The notes beneath the pieces were generated by a model. The model was not told the origin of the DNA and did no database searches. It saw nothing but the letters and a program-made list of their open reading frames with translations. The translations under genes and the position numbers were made by a program. Shown here piece after piece: positions 38,701 to 48,297 of a stretch of 50,996 nt of DNA. How positions within the stretch are numbered: the first letter of the stretch is position 1; each line of letters begins with the position of its first letter. The stretch lies in sequence record SRR31156797_2631; one strand, written 5' to 3'.

Positions 38701-40467
38701 ATGTATCTACAATTTTATGACCTCCACAGGGCTCCTTTTCAGAATTCTATTGACCCTGACTTTTTTTGGCAGGGAAAGAAAATTCATAAATTACTCAAGA
38801 TCCTCACTTTTGATTTTGAGCGACACACACGTATTAGTATAATCACTGGTGATCCAGGCTGCGGCAAGACTAGTGTTTTCCGTGCTGTTCTTGATTCGCT
38901 TAATCCATCCGTACTCGTTTCCGTGGTGCAGGATTCCCGGCTTTCGGTCCGTGAATTTTACGATTTAACCGGAAACGCCTTAGGGCTGCCGGATCCACTT
39001 CCTACTCGTAAAGCCTTCCATAAACAAATACTAGCTCTGTTGCATCAGGCGGCAGAACAAGAAAAACATGTCCTGCTAGTACTTGACGAGGCCCAGCAGC
39101 TTTCTCCGCAGCTAATAGATGAAATAGATGCAATCATTACTCTTGGCAATCAAGAGCTTGAAGGGTTATCAGTATGCCTGATTGGTCAACTTGACAATGC
39201 TGATTGCTTAAAAGGTCACATTCTGTCCTTTTTCGAGAACCACGACATGGTTCTCCACCATATTGCCCCCATGACCGAGGAAGAAACTGGCAGCTATATT
39301 CAGCATCGGCTCCAGGTTGCCGGCACCACCCGTAAAATTTTCACCGACGATGCTGTTCGGGAAATCCACAAACACTCCGGCGGTTACCCTGTACAAATCA
39401 ATAATATATGCGATTTAGCCCTTTTTATCGGACAGAGCAAACAAGCAACAAAAATTGATGATGTTCTTATCTTAGCCACTGCTGACAAATTGCAATTTTC
39501 GACCCGACAAGGTGACGTACCGACAAATCACCAGATTGATGATGCAGGCAGGGATAAAGACAACAACGCTGACCTAGATATTTTCAAACCAGATAAAAAA
39601 CAAAGAATATCTGCTCTGGAAGATTTTGCCCAAATGGATCAGGATAAAGAAAAGCAGGAACCAGAACCCAACCTACCTTTCGCTCTACCTGCACTTTGGA
39701 TATGTCTTCTCCTGCTGCTTGGTACCAGTGGTTACATGTACTACCACAACAAACAGACCGAAAGCCCTGAAGTTACACCTCAGGTTACACAGGTACAGTT
39801 CCAGGAAAAAGAACAAAAGGCAGCGATCAGCCAGATACCGGCAGACAACTTTACTCCTGCGAGGGAGCCGCAAGACATCTCGCCCAAAATCCTTACTCCA
39901 ACTCTGGTTGACAATACGCTGAGCATGGCTCTGGAAAAAACTCCCGATAAGAGGGCTGCAAAACCAAACTATGTTTCATTGCAGGAGAAGCAACCCGTTC
40001 ATACGCCGGTTCCACTCAAGGTACAGCTCGATGATGAAAAACCAGGGGAAGACAAACTGGTTATGCCCCAACTCCAGGAACAAATCCAAGACCTTCTTCC
40101 GGAGACAACCAGTGACATTTTTCAGGAACAAGCACCCTCGGATAGAGAGAAAAAAAATCAGAAAAAAGTGGCTCTTCTTTTGCCAGAAAAAAGCCTACCC
40201 AAGCCTGAACATGAAAAACCTCTGCCGGCGCTCAAAAGAAGTCAGCAGCTGAACCAATTTCTTGCAGGGGGATCATTTGCCGGTGAAAAAAAGAGTGAAC
40301 AAAATAGACAGCCGGTCCAGAATAAAGAAAAAGGTGTTTCTCTTTCCTCTACGACTAATAAAAAGAAACAGCCACACGATGAGCCTGCCCCAACAAATGT
40401 TATCGACTGGCTGCTTAAAAAAAAAACAAAGGGCTCCACGGCCCTAGCTTCAGATGAGCAAACTTGA
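38701..40467 (+). CDS. ExeA/GspA-like AAA ATPase with TM helix and low-complexity C-terminus
   Basis: MYLQFYDL..APF....DP.FF, GDPGCGKT, LVLDEAQ, YIQHRLQVAG, SGGYP..INNICD.AL; TM near aa 330-348. Confidence 0.82.
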   Translation: MYLQFYDLHRAPFQNSIDPDFFWQGKKIHKLLKILTFDFERHTRISIITGDPGCGKTSVFRAVLDSLNPSVLVSVVQDSRLSVREFYDLTGNALGLPDPLPTRKAFHKQILALLHQAAEQEKHVLLVLDEAQQLSPQLIDEIDAIITLGNQELEGLSVCLIGQLDNADCLKGHILSFFENHDMVLHHIAPMTEEETGSYIQHRLQVAGTTRKIFTDDAVREIHKHSGGYPVQINNICDLALFIGQSKQATKIDDVLILATADKLQFSTRQGDVPTNHQIDDAGRDKDNNADLDIFKPDKKQRISALEDFAQMDQDKEKQEPEPNLPFALPALWICLLLLLGTSGYMYYHNKQTESPEVTPQVTQVQFQEKEQKAAISQIPADNFTPAREPQDISPKILTPTLVDNTLSMALEKTPDKRAAKPNYVSLQEKQPVHTPVPLKVQLDDEKPGEDKLVMPQLQEQIQDLLPETTSDIFQEQAPSDREKKNQKKVALLLPEKSLPKPEHEKPLPALKRSQQLNQFLAGGSFAGEKKSEQNRQPVQNKEKGVSLSSTTNKKKQPHDEPAPTNVIDWLLKKKTKGSTALASDEQT

Positions 40468-42019
40468 TACCCTTGCCGCAATAGCCGCCAACCTGACGGC
40501 CATCTTAAGTGCAGAAGACCGTTATGAACGTCTGCTCGAGGCACTGCACATTGCCATCCCCTATGACGCAGCCGCCCTGTTAAGAATCCAAGGTGACACC
40601 CTTATTCCATTGGCTGCCAAAGGGTTAACTCCAGATGCATTGGGCCGTCAATACCAACGCAAGATCCACCCACGGCTCGATATAATATGCAACTCCAGCG
40701 AACCTGTGGTCTTCTCCAAGGACTCCCCTCTACCCGATCCTTTTGATGGATTAATTGCTCTTGCCTCGGAGCCAAACCAGCACATACACGCATGCCTTGG
40801 ATGTCCCCTTCATGTTGGCGATCAGCTTGTAGGGGTGCTGACCGCAGATGCACTGGACCCTGGAGCATTTGACCATCTTCCCAAAAAATTTCTAAAAGTA
40901 ATCGGCCTGATGGCGGGTGCACAAATGCAGACAGCAGACCTGCTAGCTGCCCTGGAAAAAAAGGCTGAACGCCAAGGCCAGATAGCAACCGACTTGATGC
41001 AGGATGCACTTGCACAACGTGGTACTGAAATCCTTGGCACCAGCAAGGTTATAGAACAACTAAGGCAAGAGATCAGCCTGGTAGCAAAATCTGATTTTAC
41101 CACCCTGATCCTTGGCGAAACAGGAGTAGGCAAGGAACTTGTTGCCAGGGCTCTGCATACCCAATCCCTCCGCAGGGGAGAGCCCTTACTCTATCTGAAC
41201 TGCGCTGCTCTGACTGATTCGCTGGCCGAGAGTGAGCTTTTTGGACATGTTAAAGGGGCATTTACAGGAGCCACTCATACTCGAACAGGAAAATTTGAAC
41301 TTGCCGATGGAGGCACCCTGTTTTTAGACGAAATAGGTGAACTCTCGCTTGAAAACCAGGCAAAAATATTACGTGCCATCCAAGAAGGAGAGATTCAGCC
41401 TGTTGGATCAGAAAAGATGGTACATGTAGATGTTCGTCTGCTGGCTGCAACAAACAGAGATCTTGAACAAGAAGTTTTAGCCGGCAGGTTCAGAGCGGAC
41501 CTTTACCACCGTCTCAATGTGTACCCTATAAAAGTAGCGCCGCTCAGGGAAAGAAAGGAAGATATAGCTGTTCTTGGGGGATATTTTGCGGAACGATCCA
41601 TGGCCAGATTGGGGCTGAAAAAAGTTCGCATAGATGAAGACGCACTGCAGTTGCTTCTCCGCTATAACTGGCCTGGTAACGTCCGCGAACTAGAAAACAT
41701 CATCTCCAGGTCAATGCTGAAGGCATCGGCTGGTTTTGACCACAACGACATCATCACGATGCGTCCGCACCACTTAACCGCAGACCTGGGAACAGCAATC
41801 TACACAAACCCTGTGCAAGAAAAACAGCCCCTCTTGGAGAGTTTCAGTAAAACCTCGTTACGGAACGAACTGAAAGAGCTGCAAATTCGATTAATCAAAT
41901 CCGCCCTTGAAAAGAACAATGGCAATTGGTCTGCTGCCGCCCGTGACTTAGACATGAACAGAAGCAATCTGCACAACCTGGCAACCCGGCTTGGTCTTCG
42001 CAAAAAACGAAGTTACTGA
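40454..42019 (+). CDS. norR: Nitric-oxide-sensing sigma54 activator NorR
   Basis: GAF domain with HPRL, LPDPFDGL, HACLGCPL, LTADA (equivalents of the NorR Fe ligands); GETGVGKE, GAFTGA, FLDEIGE; C-terminal HTH. Confidence 0.88.
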   Translation: MSKLDTLAAIAANLTAILSAEDRYERLLEALHIAIPYDAAALLRIQGDTLIPLAAKGLTPDALGRQYQRKIHPRLDIICNSSEPVVFSKDSPLPDPFDGLIALASEPNQHIHACLGCPLHVGDQLVGVLTADALDPGAFDHLPKKFLKVIGLMAGAQMQTADLLAALEKKAERQGQIATDLMQDALAQRGTEILGTSKVIEQLRQEISLVAKSDFTTLILGETGVGKELVARALHTQSLRRGEPLLYLNCAALTDSLAESELFGHVKGAFTGATHTRTGKFELADGGTLFLDEIGELSLENQAKILRAIQEGEIQPVGSEKMVHVDVRLLAATNRDLEQEVLAGRFRADLYHRLNVYPIKVAPLRERKEDIAVLGGYFAERSMARLGLKKVRIDEDALQLLLRYNWPGNVRELENIISRSMLKASAGFDHNDIITMRPHHLTADLGTAIYTNPVQEKQPLLESFSKTSLRNELKELQIRLIKSALEKNNGNWSAAARDLDMNRSNLHNLATRLGLRKKRSY

Positions 42020-42154
42020 TAATGCAAGCAAACAGCCTCCCTTCAACACTCTTTTTGTACCGAGTGCTCCCAGCAGATTATTGATTCACCAGTACAATGT
42101 TTACATCCCATGACCGATGCTTAAAATATAGTATACTAAAATTATTATATTCAC

Positions 42155-43558
42155 ATGTCCGTCAGGGGATTTGCAAAGATGATCAAATGGAGACGACCCG
42201 TATCATTTCTTCTTGCTTACTGTATCCTGCCTTTTATCTTTACAGTGCTCAACCTGAATGTTCCGGAAACTGCTCATGCAAATAGCAGGGTTCTGGTCCT
42301 GGAAGTAAAAGGAGTAATCGGGCCCGCCCTTTCCGAATATATTCAAAAAGGTTTAACTACGGCCCAGCAACAACAGGCAAACGCTGTTATTCTGCGTATT
42401 GACACTCCCGGTGGTCTAGACAAATCCATGCGAGAGATCATTAAGGCTATTCTTGCCTCTCCGATTCCGGTGGCCTCTTTTGTTGCCCCAGGGGGTTCCA
42501 GAGCCGCCAGTGCTGGAACTTATATCCTCTACGCCAGTCACATCGCGGCCATGACTCCTGCCACCAACCTTGGTGCAGCCACCCCTATTAGTCTAGGCAG
42601 GCTTCCAAAATCCACTTCTCCGTCCGACGAAGGAGATAAAGAAAAGCCAAAAGATGTCTCACTGCCCGACACCTTGCAAAAAAAAATCATCAACGATGCC
42701 GAAGCATACATCAAGGCGCTGGCAACCAAACGCGGCCGCAACAGTGAATGGGCAGCAAAATCTGTAACCCAGGCTGAAAGCCTGACCGCAAAAGAGGCCT
42801 TACGTTTAAAAGTTATAGATATCGTAGCTGATAACATCCAAGATTTACTCATCCAAATGGACAGCAGAAAAGTCAATATGGTTTCCGGCCAACACATCCT
42901 GCAGACCCAAAATCCAATAATTGCATTCCAGCCACCTGACTGGAGAACTCGCCTCTTGATGGCAATCACGGACCCCAACATTGCCTACATCATGCTCTTG
43001 CTCGGTATCTATGGGCTTATTTTCGAAATGGCAAACCCCGGATTTGTTTTACCAGGCGTTATTGGGGCGATATCAATTGTCATAGCGCTCTACACCTTCC
43101 AAGTTATGCCCATTAATTATGCTGGACTGTTATTACTCATCATTGGCATGGCTTTCATGGTTGCCGAGGCCTTTGCTCCCAGTTTCGGCGCGCTGGGGGC
43201 AGGTGGCATTATAGCCTTTATCACTGGTTCAATCATTCTTATGGATGAGCCCTCTTTTCGAATATCCATCCCCATAATTAGCGCAACTGCCTTTACTTCG
43301 GCTGGATTTCTCATTCTTATAGCAGGGAGGTTGCTAACCATTCGTCGCAAAAAAATAATCACCGGTGAGGAACAGATGCTCGACAGTCTTGGCCAAGCCA
43401 TGGAGGACTTCGACACTAAAGGTCGTGTCAGGATTAACGGAGAGTCCTGGCTGGGGCGATGTTCACAACCGGTTAAACGTGGTCAAACCGTCAAAGTAAC
43501 CGCCCAAAATGGTCTGATCTTAGACCTGGAACTTGTTGAGGAGAAAAAAAATGATTGA
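42155..43558 (+). CDS. nfeD: NfeD long-form membrane serine protease
   Basis: [16 protein letters not shown] (Ser), [16 protein letters not shown] block, C-terminal OB fold (G.V.INGE.W); start uncertain. Confidence 0.9.
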   Translation: MSVRGFAKMIKWRRPVSFLLAYCILPFIFTVLNLNVPETAHANSRVLVLEVKGVIGPALSEYIQKGLTTAQQQQANAVILRIDTPGGLDKSMREIIKAILASPIPVASFVAPGGSRAASAGTYILYASHIAAMTPATNLGAATPISLGRLPKSTSPSDEGDKEKPKDVSLPDTLQKKIINDAEAYIKALATKRGRNSEWAAKSVTQAESLTAKEALRLKVIDIVADNIQDLLIQMDSRKVNMVSGQHILQTQNPIIAFQPPDWRTRLLMAITDPNIAYIMLLLGIYGLIFEMANPGFVLPGVIGAISIVIALYTFQVMPINYAGLLLLIIGMAFMVAEAFAPSFGALGAGGIIAFITGSIILMDEPSFRISIPIISATAFTSAGFLILIAGRLLTIRRKKIITGEEQMLDSLGQAMEDFDTKGRVRINGESWLGRCSQPVKRGQTVKVTAQNGLILDLELVEEKKND

Positions 43559-44336
43559 AGCTTCCCATGCCCTTCCCATTGCTGTTTCTCTTTTTCTTGT
43601 GGTGGGTCTTTTTACCATATCCATCAAGGTTGTCCGCGAGTACCAACGGCTGGTTGTCTTTTTTTTAGGCCGTTTTCAAACGGTGAAGAAACCTGGACTA
43701 CGCCTTATCATTCCTGGCATTCAACAGGCTGTTAGGGTCGATTTGCGTGTGATCACCATGGATGTTCCCAGCCAGGACGTTATCTCCAAAGACAACGTAA
43801 CAGTACGAGTCAATGCGGTACTGTACTTCAGAGTGGTAGAACCGGAAAAAGCGATTATCCAGGTTGAGGATTATTTCAACGCAACCAGTCAACTAGCCCA
43901 GACCACCCTACGGTCTGTCCTGGGGCAGCATGAACTGGACGAGATGTTGTCGGAACGGGAGAAGATGAATGCCGATCTTCAGGAAATAATAGACAAACAA
44001 TCAGATGCGTGGGGCATTAAAGTGACCAACGTGGAAATCAAGCATGTCGATCTAAACGATAACATGATCCGTGCCATTGCCAAACAGGCAGAAGCAGAAA
44101 GGGAAAGACGGGCAAAGGTTATTCACGCTGAAGGGGAATTGCAAGCCTCGGAAAAATTACTGGCAGCAGCTAATATTATCTCCCAAAATCCACAGGCATT
44201 GCAGTTACGATATTTGCAGACTTTAAATGATATCTCAAATGAGAATGCATCAACCATTGTCTTTCCCTTACCCATTGATACAATCAGTTCAATTTTTGAT
44301 AAAAAGACTGAATCCTCACCAAATCAGGATTGTTAG
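43551..44336 (+). CDS. Stomatin/SPFH (slipin) protein
   Basis: [62 protein letters not shown] at 43551 with GAGGAG RBS. Confidence 0.93.
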   Translation: MIEASHALPIAVSLFLVVGLFTISIKVVREYQRLVVFFLGRFQTVKKPGLRLIIPGIQQAVRVDLRVITMDVPSQDVISKDNVTVRVNAVLYFRVVEPEKAIIQVEDYFNATSQLAQTTLRSVLGQHELDEMLSEREKMNADLQEIIDKQSDAWGIKVTNVEIKHVDLNDNMIRAIAKQAEAERERRAKVIHAEGELQASEKLLAAANIISQNPQALQLRYLQTLNDISNENASTIVFPLPIDTISSIFDKKTESSPNQDC

Positions 44337-44522
44337 CTTGAACTGTTATTACTGCTCCTGCTAAAATAATAGTACAGGCAGGGATTTGTAGAAAAAACCT
44401 GGTGTTTCAACTTATTGATACATCCTTAAGATGTCTCAAAAATACCACAAAAAACCAAAGGAAGCTACCACCAGAAAAACAACCAGACGTGCAAAAGTTC
44501 ACCCCTTACAATGTGAGAGCCT

Positions 44523-46916
44523 ATGAAGATTCGCACCGTTACCCAAGAAGAAGCCTACCACCACTGTAATGCAGATGATTTCCCTTTTGAGACTACAGCC
44601 GAAATAAAAGAATTTGTCCGTTACATTGGTCAGGATCGTGCTTTGGAAGCGGTCGAATTTGCCATATCCATGCCTTTACGGGGATTCAACCTTTTTGTTG
44701 TAGGCCCAGAAGGATCTGGGCGTCACAGTGTTGTTCAATCCTTTATCCACAAGCAGGCAAAAGAAAAAGCCACCCCTCGTGACTGGTGCTATGTTTATAA
44801 TTTTGAGAGTACCCATCAGCCGCTTACCCTTGAATTTCCTCCCCAGCAGGGTCCCGTTTTCAAAAAAGAAGTATCCCAACTTATCGAAGCGGCCAAAACA
44901 ACCCTCCCCACCATCTTCCAAGGAGACGATTATCGTATCAAAAACCGGGCAATTGGCGAGAAGCTGCAGCAGATGGTGGACAAACTCTACCAAGATCTGG
45001 TGATAAAAGGCAGGGAGCAATCCATTGCCGTTATCAAAAACGATCAGGGAATGATGTTCTCTCCTATGGACGACAAAGGGGAGCCCATGGATTTGGAGTC
45101 GTTTAAAAAATTACCCGAGGCAACCCAAAAAAATATTGAGAAAACCATAGAAAAACTACATGACACACTGCACAGGACTGTACATCAAATAAATCAGCTC
45201 AATCGAGAAGCAAAGGAACAGAAAAATAAATTAAAAGAAGAAACAGCAAGCCTCTCTGTCAGCCACCTCATTGAATCTCTATTGACCAAATATTCTGATC
45301 ACAAAAAAATCATAACATATCTCAACAGTATTCGTACCCAGCTCATCAAACACGTGGATGACTTTCTGGATAATACATCTGCTAACCAGAATCCTTTCAT
45401 CTCACTCCAGTCAGGCCGCCCCACATTCCACAAATATGAAGTGAATGTACTTGTCACGCAAACCGAGGATGGAGCCCCTGTTATATATGAAGACATGCCA
45501 ACCTACCAGAATATCCATGGCCGCATTGAACACCAGGCACAGATGGGCATGCTCACCACCGACTTCTCTCTGATCCGGTCAGGTGCTCTGCATCGAGCTA
45601 ATGGAGGTTACATAATTATTGATGCGAGGAGGCTTCTCATGCAGCCTTTCGCCTATGAAGGGCTGAAGCGAACCTTACGGTCCCGTCAAATAGGGATGGA
45701 ACCGGTCGAGCGCCTTCTTGGCCTGGTGAGCACAGTCTCTTTAGAGCCGGAACCCGTTCCGCTCGAGGTCAAGGTGGTGCTCATCGGTGAACCCATGATC
45801 TACTACCTGCTGCAAGCGCACGATCCTGAGTTCAAGACCCTGTTTAAGGTACAGGCGGATTTTGAATATGACATGGAACGTGATGCCGCCAGCCAACAGC
45901 AATATGCAGCTTTGATAGCAAGCCTTGCTTCGGAAAAAGACCTGCTGCCGCTGCATAAAACAGCAGTGGCTCGAGTCACCGAAGAGGCAGCCCGCCACGC
46001 CGGTGACTCGGGTAAGCTTTCACTGCATATTCGCAAAATAGCAGACCTAATAAAAGAGGCTGATTACCTTGCTCGCAAAACAGACAAACAATGTATTGAT
46101 GGCCAGGATATAGAAATGGCACTACTGGCATCCAAACGACGTGGCGGGAGGATAGGTGACCGCATTTTTTCTTCCATTGAAGAGAACATCCGTCATATTG
46201 ATACCTGTGGGAAGAAAATTGGCCAGGTCAATGGCTTGTCTGTGGTTGGACTCGGTGAGAATTCCTTTGGATTTCCAACCCGTATCACAGCGGTGACCAG
46301 GCCAGGGAAAGGCAACATCGTTGATATTGAACGTGAGGTGGAGTTGGCAGGCCCCATTCATTCAAAAGGTGTAATGATCCTTGGCGCATTTTTAAACTCT
46401 CGTTATGCCCGCCACATTCCCCTGGGCCTGCAGGCCAGCCTCGTCTTTGAACAATCTTATGGCGGCGTCGAAGGCGACAGTGCCTCATGTGGAGAACTGT
46501 GCGCCCTGCTCTCTTCTCTCTCAGGCGTGCCAATCCTGCAGAATATTGCTATCACCGGCTCTGTCAGCCAACTGGGAGAAATTCAGCCAGTAGGTGGGAT
46601 AAATGAAAAAATTGAAGGTTTTTTTGATATTTGCAAAGTGCGTGGATTGACAGGAACAGAGGGTGTCATTATTCCGGAAACAAATATCCGTCACCTCATG
46701 CTCAAAAAAGAGGTGGTCGATGCCATTGGCAAACAGCAGTTTACCATCTACCTTGTCACAAAAGTAGACGAGGCTATAGCATTACTCACCGGAATGGAAG
46801 CTGGAGAACTCAGTGAAGAGGGATACCCGAAAGGTTCCATTAATAGCAGAGTCGAAGCTGCCTTGCTTAGCTTTGCACAGGACCTACGCGCATTTAATAA
46901 GGGAGATGAAACCTAA
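44523..46916 (+). CDS. LonC-type Lon-like protease
   Basis: IGQDRA, degenerate Walker A GPEGSGR, GALHRANGGY, GQVNGLSV, EQSYGGVEGDSAS (Ser), GGINEKIEGF (Lys). Confidence 0.9.
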   Translation: MKIRTVTQEEAYHHCNADDFPFETTAEIKEFVRYIGQDRALEAVEFAISMPLRGFNLFVVGPEGSGRHSVVQSFIHKQAKEKATPRDWCYVYNFESTHQPLTLEFPPQQGPVFKKEVSQLIEAAKTTLPTIFQGDDYRIKNRAIGEKLQQMVDKLYQDLVIKGREQSIAVIKNDQGMMFSPMDDKGEPMDLESFKKLPEATQKNIEKTIEKLHDTLHRTVHQINQLNREAKEQKNKLKEETASLSVSHLIESLLTKYSDHKKIITYLNSIRTQLIKHVDDFLDNTSANQNPFISLQSGRPTFHKYEVNVLVTQTEDGAPVIYEDMPTYQNIHGRIEHQAQMGMLTTDFSLIRSGALHRANGGYIIIDARRLLMQPFAYEGLKRTLRSRQIGMEPVERLLGLVSTVSLEPEPVPLEVKVVLIGEPMIYYLLQAHDPEFKTLFKVQADFEYDMERDAASQQQYAALIASLASEKDLLPLHKTAVARVTEEAARHAGDSGKLSLHIRKIADLIKEADYLARKTDKQCIDGQDIEMALLASKRRGGRIGDRIFSSIEENIRHIDTCGKKIGQVNGLSVVGLGENSFGFPTRITAVTRPGKGNIVDIEREVELAGPIHSKGVMILGAFLNSRYARHIPLGLQASLVFEQSYGGVEGDSASCGELCALLSSLSGVPILQNIAITGSVSQLGEIQPVGGINEKIEGFFDICKVRGLTGTEGVIIPETNIRHLMLKKEVVDAIGKQQFTIYLVTKVDEAIALLTGMEAGELSEEGYPKGSINSRVEAALLSFAQDLRAFNKGDET

Positions 46917-47110
46917 AAAGAAATCCGTTTTATGGGAACATTATTTGGTTAAAATCTGTTTTAAATCATAGGTATTACAAAAAGTTTGTGGCCGATATAT
47001 ATAACCGTGTTTACTGTTCGGCTATCTGTATAGTAGAAAAAAATGGCTGCAGGCCTCCTTCCCCCTCACCTGCAGGAACGTAACAATAACCCTTTAGTAA
47101 CCAAAAGAAT

Positions 47111-47779
47111 ATGAACGTACACGAAGCCCTTCTCGCCCGTAAATCAACCCGCGCCTTTCTTGATAAAGAGGTGAGTAATGAAAAAATAGTGAGAATCCTG
47201 CAATCAGCCCGCCATGCCCCCTCCGGCACCAATGCCCAGCCTTGGCAGGTGGCTGTGGTTTCTGGTCAGAAAAAAAAGGACCTGACAACAGCAATGGAGA
47301 ATGCATTTAAAGAGGAAAGCAGCACCACAATGGATTATCAGTATTATCCGCTTGAATGGCGCGACCCTTACAAAAAAAGACGCGTTTCGTGTGGCGCACA
47401 ACTCTACGATGCCCTAAATATAAAACGGCAGGATAAAGTGGCTCGTCTTACCCAGTGGACTGCGAATTACCAAGCGTTTGGCGCACCAATGATTCTTTTC
47501 TTCTTCCTGGATCCGGTCATGAAAAAAGGTTCTTTTCTTGATTACGGCATGTTCATTCAGTCCATTATGCTGGCAGCAGTTGAAGAAGGCCTTGCGACCT
47601 GTGCCCAAGCCGCTTTGGGTCAGTTTCCGGAATTAGTTAAAACTTCGCTGGGATATGATCAAGAGACCATCCTTATCGGAGGGATGGCCCTTGGATACGA
47701 AAAGAAAGAAGCGCCGGTCAATAATTACCGAACGCCGCGGGAAGAGGTTGAAGTGTTTACCCGTTTTTTTGATGAATAA
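47111..47779 (+). CDS. Nitroreductase family protein
   Basis: RKSTRAF, APSGTNAQPW, DYGMFIQSIMLAA..GLATC, GMALGY. Confidence 0.93.
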   Translation: MNVHEALLARKSTRAFLDKEVSNEKIVRILQSARHAPSGTNAQPWQVAVVSGQKKKDLTTAMENAFKEESSTTMDYQYYPLEWRDPYKKRRVSCGAQLYDALNIKRQDKVARLTQWTANYQAFGAPMILFFFLDPVMKKGSFLDYGMFIQSIMLAAVEEGLATCAQAALGQFPELVKTSLGYDQETILIGGMALGYEKKEAPVNNYRTPREEVEVFTRFFDE

Positions 47780-48018
47780 TTAAATCAGCACCTACAGCAA
47801 ACACACAATGTATAATAGCTCAGGCCAGACCTGAAAGGTGCAATAGAATGTTGTAATTACATCCGACATTGCTGGTGGCATTTTTTGGCAGTAATAGATT
47901 ACGCCATGCTAAGAGCAGTACAGAGAAGGTCAATTCCGAATTGTTACTGATACTTTTGTTACCTTCATATAGTACCACTGATTGCCAACTCAAATATTTT
48001 CGGCTGTTGACATATTTT

Positions 48019-48192
48019 TTAGAGTACCTCCAGTATCCTGCCATTTTCCGCACGCAGATCTTCCCTTTGCTGCAGATACACTATTCGACAGACGGCGACT
48101 GCGGCGGACACCGAAACCAGGTCAGTCTGGGCTTCGTTGAGACGGGTCAATGCTGTGACACCCGCCCGATATGAACGCTCAACATAATCGGA
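48019..48192 (-). pseudogene. C-terminal fragment of a TolC-family outer-membrane efflux protein
   Basis: DYVERSYRAGVTALTRLNEAQTDLV...RIVY...L.AENG fits the Y..G.....L..AQ..L OEP C-terminal helix; no upstream body of the gene is present. Confidence 0.6.
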
Positions 48193-48297
48193 ATCATACT
48201 TCCTACGTTGCACTCATATTTTCCTCCTGCCAATTAATTATTATTGGCTTAACTGAGCGTCCACTCTTCCATAGCAGGATCACTTTGAAAAATCACT

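Noticed and set aside
42020-42180. Sigma54 promoter or NorR boxes upstream of nfeD
   Set aside because: No TGGCAC-N5-TTGC element and no repeated GT-N7-AC sites found by eye.
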